Part shown: positions 9,701 through 17,600 of the stretch, in pieces | Layout of the letters: each line of letters begins with the position of its first letter | Position numbering within the stretch: position 1 is the first letter of the stretch | Translations under genes and position numbers: made by a program | IMG/VR virus record: IMGVR_UViG_3300025084_000198 | Location: 1-25,361 of that record | Length of the DNA: 25,361 bases | Strand: one strand, 5' to 3' | DNA from: a virus | Taxonomy: Duplodnaviria; Caudoviricetes | The notes under the pieces: generated by a model | What the model was told of the DNA's origin: nothing | Seen by the model: the letters and a program-made list of their open reading frames with translations, nothing else | Database searches by the model: none

Positions 9701-12700
9701 GATATGCTGCATCAAGATATGTTCCAGATGCATTGTTTGAAATAATATCAACCCATAGGAATGAAAGAGTATCTAATGCAGCAACAACATTTGCACAAGC
9801 AGGACTTCCTGCAGTAGTTGTAATTACTGTATCATCAAAGTACCTTGTTAAAGCAGAATACTGTGGTGAATAAATTGGTTCTCCAACAGTTCCTAATCCT
9901 GTTCTCCAATTTCTAATAGCATAGGTACAAATTTCTCTAGCATATTCAATTGCGCGAATATTCTCAGCAATTTCATCTTCTACAAATGCAATCTTACCAT
10001 CAATAATATATTTTGAAGCAGCATCAATTACATTATAGTTTGTTCCAAATTCTAAATCTCTAATAACAGCATTGACAAAGTGAATGATATCTTGACGGCA
10101 TTGATCATCGCCATCAGTTCCTGTGTTATTTCCTGAAGTTGGAGAACTATATGAAGGATATAGTTTTTCACCAGCAGCACAAGAGATCAACAGATCTGCT
10201 AGTTTCACAGTATCATCTTCTGCAAGACCAGCAAGAGGAGTTGCAGTTGTTATAGTTCCAACGCCAGTTACTGCAGTATCATACAAAAAGTTCGATACAT
10301 TAACAGTACTGCCATTAAATGATACTGTACCACCACTAACATATGTGTTTACATGATCTAATGGTCCTAAGAAAATATCGAAACTAGATCCACCAACAGA
10401 TAGAGCATTTGTTGCTGATCTTACAAATGTGTGTACAGATTGTGGCAAATGCTTAACCGCGTTTGCAGTTGCACCAGTAAAGTTATGTGGTGATTGTGGA
10501 GAATGTTGAACTGCATTTGCAGATGCACTTACGAATGTGTGTGCATATTGCTCACCAACAGGAGATGCACCAACATTGATTGTAAATGTTCCGTCTTGAC
10601 GATCGATACCATTTGTTGCAGCACTCACAAATGTGTGAGTACCTGTATAAGAAGAAGATCCTACATTAATATCAAAAGTATTTGTAGTTACACCACTAAT
10701 TTCCAACCAGCGACCTGATGGGTAATCGTATCCAGCACGGGGATATGATTTTTGAGCAACATTACCATCTAGATCACAAGTGTATGTTAATGAATCATCG
10801 GCAATCTTGACATAATCCCCATTTGCAAACCCGTGGCTTGCAACAGTAAGAGTTACAACACCAGTTGATGCATCATATGGGGCATCACTTGCTGTATGTT
10901 GTGTTGAACCAACAGCGGTGATAGCAATAGATTGTTGACCATTATATGGGTCAACCCCAGGACGGGGGTAAGAATGCTGAGATGCGTTTCCATCCTTGGT
11001 GCATGTGAAAGTTAAGGAACTATCAAGAAGAGTTACATTTCGTGCAACTCCAAGACCATGTTGTCCAACTGTAAGAACCATGTCGCCAGTTGCAGCATCA
11101 TATGCGGCATCAGTTGGAGTAAACTGCTTATTGGGACCAGAGATACCTGCATTGATTGTGATTGTATTTGCACTAATTGCAGTAATAGGCATAGACCTAC
11201 CTGCAAATGGATCGATGCCTGGACGAGGATATGTCTTAACAGTTTGGTTACTGTCCATTGAACAAGTAAAGCTCAATGAATTATCATCAATCGTAATTCC
11301 TTCGCCAACATCTAGTGTATGAGAACCAATAGTTAGTTCTAATGCTCCAGTAGCAGGATCGTAAGTAGCACCAGATGGAGTGAACTCTACATCAGGACCA
11401 GATGCACCTACATTAACGGTGAATGTATTTGCAGTCTTTGATGTAATTGGTAAGGACTTACCACTAGCATACTGATCTGTATCAGGTAATGCATGTTCAG
11501 TTTTATTGCCATCCATCGTACATGTAAATACGATAGATTCATCTGTAATCCTGATACCATCGCCTTCACTAAGACCATGATTGTTTACTGTGAATACAGT
11601 ATCACCAGTTGCAGGATTATAAGTTACATCAGTTGGAGTAAATTGTGCTGTTGGTGTACCACCAATGTTGAATACTGAATAATGATCTGTCTTAAATTGA
11701 TCATTAATTTTACCAACAACTTCATCAGCAATAAACTCTCTGTTATTACGAAGGAAAGTACAAGCATCCTGAAATCTTCTATCTACAGGAGTTGCAACTG
11801 GGAATGTATTTGGTGAGTTTAGTAGAGAAAGTGTTACTGATTTTGAGAAAGACTTAACTACAGCAGTAGATCCTGGTTGGAAGTTTGCATCATTTGTGCC
11901 AGGTACTTTTTTCGGAATAACAAATCTTCTAGAACGACCATCAGCATCTTCCAGAACTTTGTAAATTCTTTGTTTGCCATTTAAGTAAGATAAATCTGGA
12001 CCTGAAGTTGGAAGACCCTCAATTAAAATTTCTTGACCTTCTTTGAAGTCATGTGTATTGTCTCTACCAACTAATGCGTTTGTGTAGAAAACGAGACCAC
12101 CAAGATCTTCTGCATTTCCAAACTGACCAAATTGGAAACCACCAGTAGCAATACTAGGATCTCCTTGTAAAGAAAAATCAATTCTAGAAATAGGTAATGT
12201 AGATGTAGTATCTTCGTCAACCGATACAACTTCTCCTTCTGCTCTAATTGACTTAATTGCAACTGAGTCAAATTCTTTTGTGACAACTGTAATCTCTTCA
12301 CCTGAAGTGATTGCTATAGATTCTCCAGTTGATGACCATCCATTAGTTGCTAAAATAGGTGCAAAAGTTACTTTATATGGAGATGATGTACCAACACTAA
12401 CAACTTCGTAATCACCAGAAATAACTTGACCACTAGCAGTACCAGAAGAAGCAGTTAATCTTACAAAGAAACCAGGGGAGATTTCATTAATTGGATTGCT
12501 AGTAAACAGTAAAGAATTCTGTCCATCTGTTTCAGTTGCTGAAGTTAAAGAAGGATACGTAGTTCCTGATGGGGTAGCAGAAATATTATATTCAAATTCC
12601 TCACCTTGTAAAAAAGAACCACTTAGCAATTTAATATCAGCATTACCATTTTTAAATGCATCATTTCCAGTAGTGCTATTGAAAGATACGGAGGTAACTC

Positions 12701-14111
12701 TAGCTCTTGCACCAGTGTTACCACCTTTTAATAGTCTTCCAGCAGTAAGATCTGTTAGACCAGTGTTATTGCTAAAAGTAACATTGAATTCTTCTGGACC
12801 AAAAATTTGATGACCAATCGGGAAGTCAACACCAAAATCTCCGTTAACTTCATTATCAATATAAATTCTTTGCTTGTCATCAAAGACCATCGCAAAATCC
12901 CAAGTTGCGACAGAATCACCAATAGAGTCAATTTGGTCTCTATATGTTACACCAGTAACATAGTTCTTGTCGCCAAATTTGAAAATATGCTTTTTGGGAT
13001 TAGCAGGTCTGATGATTACCAGACGCAAGTTATCACCAACAACAGATGCATCAGGTGGTAGAGAGATAGGATTATCTTCTACATAATCACCACCAGAAAC
13101 AATAAGTGTTTCTTTAACACCAGGTGTTGCCCATGCAAGCTGTGCCGCTTTCTTAATTGTTCTAACTGGACTAACTGCAGAACGACCATCGTTCAAATCA
13201 GAACCAATTTGAGAAGACACATAGATTCTACCACCAACATCATTTGTTGCTAGGTTTAGAACATATTCAGTAGTAGCAATCTTGTCTGATCTATCACCAA
13301 GTAAAGGAGTAATAGAACGAGGAAAGATACCAGATTCACCAGTTTCTTCATACTTAAAGTTATTAGAGTCAACAACTCTAAAACCAATATGTTTGAAATT
13401 AACTTCCCCGTTTATTTCAATACCATCCAGATGCTCTGGACCATTAGGACCAGTTTGTCCCGAATTGGTTGCTTGGTATACATTATTACCGAACCATCTA
13501 TAAAGGTCTTTTTGAACAATGACATTAGGAGACCATGGGGTTCCTGTGTTGTTCATGAAAGTCTTTAGGTTTGGTGCCCTAAAGTTGGGATCTGGAGTAA
13601 TGAAGTTTTCAATATCCAGGTTTAGAATTCTCGCCGTATCTGAAATGATAGAAGTAGAAGTTCTAATAGCACCATTAATATCAAGTTCAAACTCTACAGT
13701 ATCAAGAGTAGAAGATGCGGTAGATCCTTGACCGCCACCATCACTAATGGTGATTCCAGGAGCAACTGCATATCCACTACCAGGATTGTTGACAGCAATA
13801 GTAGTAACTCTTCCGTTAAAGATAAAAGCAGAAGCAGTTGCCTGTTCTCCACCAGCTGGTGGTGCATCGATAGTAACAGTTGGAGTAGATGTATATCCAG
13901 TTCCCCCAACATCTACGGTAATTTTATCAATTTTTTGTCCCGTTCTATTGATACCTACACGCGGTAATTGCGTATTCGCATCAAGTTCGGTTCTAAGAAT
14001 TTCTCTTTCGTTAGAACCTGTTCCACCTCTAATTGTTAGTTCATTATCACCGATGAGTTTAGGGTTTACGCCCCTAATTTTCTCTTTGTCGGAATTAATA
14101 TGAAAACTCAT
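3705..14111 (-). CDS. Giant (3468 aa) tail-fibre-like virion structural protein with a pectin-lyase-like beta-helix and many repeats
   Basis: Uninterrupted G/T/S/N-rich ORF with IYVS...GSD.NDG.....P..TI..A ... G.Y.E..P....VGD.LR beta-helix motifs, GG.GY...P.V repeats, two GLD.D..D fibre motifs and a C-terminal TIP..NA.SAGP...W module. It lies between VrlC and gp13. Confidence 0.85.
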   Translation of the reverse strand: MSFHINSDKEKIRGVNPKLIGDNELTIRGGTGSNEREILRTELDANTQLPRVGINRTGQKIDKITVDVGGTGYTSTPTVTIDAPPAGGEQATASAFIFNGRVTTIAVNNPGSGYAVAPGITISDGGGQGSTASSTLDTVEFELDINGAIRTSTSIISDTARILNLDIENFITPDPNFRAPNLKTFMNNTGTPWSPNVIVQKDLYRWFGNNVYQATNSGQTGPNGPEHLDGIEINGEVNFKHIGFRVVDSNNFKYEETGESGIFPRSITPLLGDRSDKIATTEYVLNLATNDVGGRIYVSSQIGSDLNDGRSAVSPVRTIKKAAQLAWATPGVKETLIVSGGDYVEDNPISLPPDASVVGDNLRLVIIRPANPKKHIFKFGDKNYVTGVTYRDQIDSIGDSVATWDFAMVFDDKQRIYIDNEVNGDFGVDFPIGHQIFGPEEFNVTFSNNTGLTDLTAGRLLKGGNTGARARVTSVSFNSTTGNDAFKNGNADIKLLSGSFLQGEEFEYNISATPSGTTYPSLTSATETDGQNSLLFTSNPINEISPGFFVRLTASSGTASGQVISGDYEVVSVGTSSPYKVTFAPILATNGWSSTGESIAITSGEEITVVTKEFDSVAIKSIRAEGEVVSVDEDTTSTLPISRIDFSLQGDPSIATGGFQFGQFGNAEDLGGLVFYTNALVGRDNTHDFKEGQEILIEGLPTSGPDLSYLNGKQRIYKVLEDADGRSRRFVIPKKVPGTNDANFQPGSTAVVKSFSKSVTLSLLNSPNTFPVATPVDRRFQDACTFLRNNREFIADEVVGKINDQFKTDHYSVFNIGGTPTAQFTPTDVTYNPATGDTVFTVNNHGLSEGDGIRITDESIVFTCTMDGNKTEHALPDTDQYASGKSLPITSKTANTFTVNVGASGPDVEFTPSGATYDPATGALELTIGSHTLDVGEGITIDDNSLSFTCSMDSNQTVKTYPRPGIDPFAGRSMPITAISANTITINAGISGPNKQFTPTDAAYDAATGDMVLTVGQHGLGVARNVTLLDSSLTFTCTKDGNASQHSYPRPGVDPYNGQQSIAITAVGSTQHTASDAPYDASTGVVTLTVASHGFANGDYVKIADDSLTYTCDLDGNVAQKSYPRAGYDYPSGRWLEISGVTTNTFDINVGSSSYTGTHTFVSAATNGIDRQDGTFTINVGASPVGEQYAHTFVSASANAVQHSPQSPHNFTGATANAVKHLPQSVHTFVRSATNALSVGGSSFDIFLGPLDHVNTYVSGGTVSFNGSTVNVSNFLYDTAVTGVGTITTATPLAGLAEDDTVKLADLLISCAAGEKLYPSYSSPTSGNNTGTDGDDQCRQDIIHFVNAVIRDLEFGTNYNVIDAASKYIIDGKIAFVEDEIAENIRAIEYAREICTYAIRNWRTGLGTVGEPIYSPQYSALTRYFDDTVITTTAGSPACANVVAALDTLSFLWVDIISNNASGTYLDAAYLIARNKDLIADQAYLDTKQQYPSLNLSDIHERKCRRDIKIVLRGLIRDLVLGGNHGIVSTAESYFSGVTLTGIPEAQRAETRYAFTRVKEYAMDAMRNWTDGTAFGVTPSGATYNSTSGQVTVTFTDPSVALTTSDRIAFSEEAITFSCNSGNHPSPERFDSNFGKSYQILSVSSNGGNTTATVNVGNAGSASGDAHTFVSAKANGTILIYDPVALTSPIPKFEDWNILLYTPTPLCANVASSITTALDLFDDILAGSVLPGATSQTFGILYDSINIREEADSILTDFNNVKVTIRADYDDYPIIEASPYTQNASVISFLGGGGAEIDGNKVKQPNCPFPGLELDGTASFPNQGKSMVAAAFTIVSFGGTGYKVINDGYVQLVSVFVIFCQDGILCETGGYASVTNSATNFGTFALRGTGFREEAYIFDSGTGDPNAGTYTRATVSQVTSTPTGRTKLRITNLGREPLEHYIIKFDDFTNTNTDIEYFIDVVEEVTVGPPFSALLTLDDGSGGAMDMTDKSTGQAVATSVLLGEEIALHRPSIVNSSSHTWEFAGSGNDYNALPENGGVKIEANEQVSEQYGRVYVSGTDELGDFKVGTFARIENRTGNITFTGTVTISEVEFLKLKGGDVVVTGFDASNTLGGANSTNSKLPTQKAVRDYITNNLGPYINKPFSTNAVPRNLVELTDSGKISIDQIPALSPFSVFTVADQAERTSIEGALAGDIAIQQDTSQSFILNNDVDSLFLGFSIDSNLSFTIGDVFTGSLSNGIIQATEYREGVLFQINISDGGSGYTSAPTVSISGGNPQAGAVQAAATCTIANGQVVTVTILAFNGYLGGFGYTTQPTITFSAAPGGGTTAQANALIESRLYGDIVNNIKITDTDTFDDSIPSPNTNTVNIQRVVNTSSFDNNNWVSLSSNQIAASDITSGVIETDRLAAGGSANSFSFLRGDSNFALAVQSLKGAETRYFAKLNSQVSQGASSFIFATNSDALVGHEVVASVAGIQANTNITGVLTVGGLTTVSINNPITQAIPNGSIIEFERGTSPLSFESTFTQGNFIDEVIIVNAGTGFTNGQYFDVSLLGGSGTGLKANFNVVGNEIIEITVTDGGSGYNNDFTVSTAPVELGTGSNLVLEAKISTVNRQYANVALDIQRVSELTISADLYGTVGVARFKKSQFNIGEVGNGSVEIKTGPDSGLDSDLLDGQQGSYYTSATNLFSGTVPSDRLAGSYNISISGSSTNTIRLASGTNNPTSNPSPDTFVTGVVSNTLFNTAVGLNDGGTKSMVLSLRPAGSGFTFDGGVKQLAFTDNDNMWLRGSGSGVVTFGSWAKIWTSLNDGVGSGLDADRFDNKQGVWYQNALNINYGTLSASRLPGYIEQTSIRDSIKLKSFNGDPKYKVYVSGLVLDTSSTGTFAPGNSVKLYDVNDQAVADFTIDNEITNNDLTDNFNDYTILIGRLTSGNFATAIRIGTATINVAFHDFTIEDSNTIEVAKLESNGANAELCLGRSDGFSSTPSIFFKSSTLAAANYNASIVASGGNATDGSGTLDITVANSDAVNINGNKIWNAGNITFQSTNVVSTAVLRDASGNFSAGTITAALTGAASSNVLKAGDTMTGSLNLTGNSSNLTVAGIGNFNQSLNVTDDLTVDSANSLFKVDTTNLRVGIKNTSPVSTFHVDGDGKVTLEGTNAQVIYRRSSDDADIIYQEYDVSASTFYTWAKNKDINFSTSSTSGKTTNHLHINSTDGKVGVGTESTSVTALNQVPDLQVSGLLHATGSLVTGPVANNATGSGSVTFLGGATGGSGARNFIVGAGLAEGVGVFEITASATNGGKDWKNLGTEKPAIAVRATDNAVAINTDAFSGTDTTVTPNVNRTYALNLQGDININGSVFQDNAEFVTSRWTASPNLTDIYRGSKVGINFTTAADPNYELEVNGGIGMTGLLYVNDDPLWLDTYGIIKVNRQLLDEDVTIPANTNASSAGPLVINTNRTITITAGSSWSIT
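10395..11648 (-). repeat. Array of four nested ~100-aa beta-domain repeats within the 3468-aa protein
   Basis: Four copies of A/T-Y-D/N...TG...T...H.......D.S..F/YTC..D.N.....P, followed by four stacked HTFV-type closing segments. A fifth, self-contained copy lies at about 9075-9390. Confidence 0.8.
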
Positions 14112-14148
14112 GGTGCTGTCGTATCCGTTTGTCTTTTTTCCTAATTAT

Positions 14149-14155
14149 TATTTAG
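14149..14155 (-). promoter_or_regulatory. Late promoter motif CTAAATA upstream of the 3468-aa gene
   Basis: Located in the 46-nt intergenic gap directly after the upstream TGA. Confidence 0.65.
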
Positions 14156-14157
14156 CA

Positions 14158-14658
14158 TCAAGCCCATTCAATACTAACAACTTGAGTGGATGCTGCCCAT
14201 TTAATATTCTCTACAGTACCTGCTCTAGTAGTAGTATAACTGAACTGATTTGTGCCACCAAAAGGTGCGATATCCCAGGTTTCTCCTGTTGGAATATCAT
14301 CTTTAATAATAGTAAGCATGGAGGACAACACTGTAGTTGCTCCAACACCATTGCAATATAATGCGCTTTCTATTTTTGCACTATACACAGATCCTGCGGG
14401 ATTAACCGCAAGAATGTGTCCAGTAATAAAACTTACTGTACTATCTTCTATTGGAATTTGAGTTCCTACATTATCCAATTCTAAAATGGTGGTGTTGAGA
14501 CCTCTTAGAATATAATTGGATGTTTTACTATCTCCATAGAAACTATTTTTAATTTCTAAAGAATTAGCATTCTTTACATCATACAGTTCGTTAATCAGAG
14601 TTTTATCTGATACCGAAAATCCACCAACAGAATCAAAATTTTTATTAACTGATGCCAT
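14158..14658 (-). CDS. Cyanophage hypothetical / virion structural protein (166 aa)
   Basis: Clean ORF packed 2 nt after the upstream stop, with beta-rich composition, sitting between two giant structural genes. Confidence 0.8.
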   Translation of the reverse strand: MASVNKNFDSVGGFSVSDKTLINELYDVKNANSLEIKNSFYGDSKTSNYILRGLNTTILELDNVGTQIPIEDSTVSFITGHILAVNPAGSVYSAKIESALYCNGVGATTVLSSMLTIIKDDIPTGETWDIAPFGGTNQFSYTTTRAGTVENIKWAASTQVVSIEWA

Positions 14659-14660
14659 TT

Positions 14661-17600
14661 TTATCTCTTATAGATGTTTACGGTTGTGCTGATAATAATA
14701 TTATCTCCAGTAGTTAATCCACTATCTGCAGTCAAGTTTAATCTGATATTATTTGAGGCGTTAAAATCAAATGTGGAGGAGAATTGTTCTGCTCCAGTTT
14801 TGACATTACCAAAATCAGTAAACGAAATATCAGTCCCATTATCAATAACAGTATACTCAACAAGTTCTTTATCACCTGTTGTAGTATTTAATGCTGCAAC
14901 AGTTACTTTGCATCCAATAGCAATAGATGGATCATAAAGAATAATTGCTCCTTGATCTACTGTACCTTTTGTAAAGGTAATATCACCAGTAACAATTTTA
15001 TAATCAGAAAGTTCAAATTCTTTCAGGTCTCCATCAAAAATTTTAACTCCATTATAAACACCCGTTCCAAACCCAGTATTCAAGAATACATCTCCTTGAT
15101 CATCTAGTCTAATAACAGGATCGTTGTTGAGACCAGAAGAAACACCAAGATCTAAAAATTGCTTTGATGTAAAGATAAAAGATACATTGGAATCTGTATT
15201 ATCAATTGTAGTCGCATTATTATCTAGAGTGATGGTATCAGCATTAATTGCTAAAGTCTCTGCCCCAGGAACACCTGCAGCAGAAACATTAATTGTATCG
15301 ATGCCCGTAAACTCAAGTCCATTGACTGACAATCTTACTGTTTCTGTATTTGCATTGAAGAAGAATAATGTATCCTCATCTGAACCAGGAGCAGTTTCTG
15401 CTTTGATTAAAGTATCTTGGTCAGAGTCTTTTACTCCTCCAAGGGAACCCCATTGTGCTCCGTCATAACCTTCAAACTGACTATCAGTAGTATTAAATCG
15501 AACAGAACCTTGAACTGCTGCTCCTTTCTGGTTAACATCACCAACAGGTAGTACAAGTGAACTAGTAGAACTAATTACTGTTTTCTGACCAGAATTTGGT
15601 TGTAGAATTAGATCATCGGTATCTGTCGAAATTGTATTCTCAGAGAACCTTAACTTTTGATTGACTACTAATGATGTACTATCAGTAGGTCCAATTTTAA
15701 CTTCTGTAATCTCTTCAAAAGTTAATGAATCAATAGATGAAGCAACCCAAGTTAACTGAGTAGTACCATTTGCTGATGTTCCTGTAGTATGTGTTGGTTG
15801 ATTTCCAGTGGATGCTGTAGTACCCGCACCACCAACCGCAACTTCATAAACATTTTGCTTATGCTTTAAATAATCTCCTTCTGCTACAACAGTATTGGCA
15901 GACCACTCAACATAAAGAGGAGCAAGTGTATTACTAGAACGAATTTTCTTAACACTAAAAAAGTCTAAGTATGATGGAGTTACTTTTGCTGTATTAACAC
16001 CATCATTGTAAAAATATAATGTGTTATCATTTGCACCAATAGATGCTTCTGCTAGGATATATGTGTTGCCATCTAAGTCACGAACCCCACCTAGGGAAGA
16101 CCACGAAGAAGATGATGCACTATATCCTTCATATTGATTTGTTTGTGTGTTAAATCTAATTGCACCGTCTTGTGCGATTGGTGATGCAGGTCTTGTAGCA
16201 GTATTTCCAGAGGGAATTACAAAAGCAGTATCACCTAAAGTTTTAGCAACACGGTTTGCAGCAGGTTGCAGTAAAAGATCTTCACTTCCTAAAGTGGCAA
16301 TTGTTGCATCTACAATTGTTAATTTTGTGTTGGAATTAAATTCCTGTGTAGATTTAATAACACCAGAAGTTGTGATATTTCCAGTGCTATTTTCAACACT
16401 CATTGAAGATCCAATATTAATATCAGGACCATTAATTGCAATAGCACCACCAGAAATAGTAAGACCAGTACCAGTTCCAAACACAGTTGCATTTACATTA
16501 GTTGTGTTAACTACTGAGGCATTTACATTACTGCTAGCAGTAATATCAGTATATTGACCAGTAACTGCATTAACACTATTGGTAGTTAATTGTCCATTTG
16601 TAATATCTGCTTTAATGATGTCAATAGAACCTACAGCAATAACATCAAGTGCAAATCCAGATCCAAATGTTTTTGGATTATTTGGATCTATTGCTATTGA
16701 AGCTTCGTTTCCAGGAGAACCACTAGCACTTGCATATGCAGGATCTGAATTATTAGAATAATAATATAATGTTGGTGTTGTAGAAAGAATCTTTATTGAT
16801 ATTTCTCCAGGACTTTCTGATACACCTTCTTCAAAAGCATATCCTCTAAAGTCAATAACAACAGAACCACCAATTGTTGGTGCTTTGTCAAATGTAATTG
16901 TTGTAGCGTCAACGACAGAAGCAACTTTGGTGTCTGCTTGTAATGTAGCACTACCACTATCTAATGTAACTAGCATTCCTGGTACAATACCAGTACTATC
17001 TGAAACCGTTACTGATGTACTACCTGCAACTAGTGTAGATGATACATTGTCAATAAATCCATTTCCATGAATACCACCTGGAAATTCCGAGAATCTGAAA
17101 CTATGTCCAGACATGGAAGCATCTGATACATCAAACTTGTAAGTGTTGCCAACAAAAAGTGATATGTCTGGGTTAAATACTTGACCAGCACCGACATCAA
17201 TCAAATAACCAAATCTTCCACCCGTAGCAGAAGCAGTTAATGAAGTATATTGTGGAGATGTAGATCCTGAAATAACAAATATGCCATTATCAAAATAATT
17301 TCCTTCATCAACAACAATAGAAGTAATAAATCCAGCACTCTCATTGACTTCTCTAACTTGAGTTGCTGTAATATCTGTAACACTATCAATTGTTAATGTA
17401 ATGTCATCTGCTGGTGTTGCACCACCAACTAAGTTTCCAGCAATAGTTAGAGTTTCTCCAATTGCATAAAAGAATCCAACTTGATCTGGGAAGGCATTGG
17501 AAACATTACCAAGAGCATCTCTGCTGACTGTTACCGTTTCTGAATTACCACTTCCACTGTTGGTTATGGTTGCTAGACCAGTGTATGTTTGAGTTAGATC

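Noticed and set aside
3705-14111. Intein or S74 intramolecular chaperone in the giant fibre
   Set aside because: I recognised no Hint-type N-/C-terminal splice motifs, LAGLIDADG motifs or SD.RLK chaperone motif. The insertions look like structural domains.
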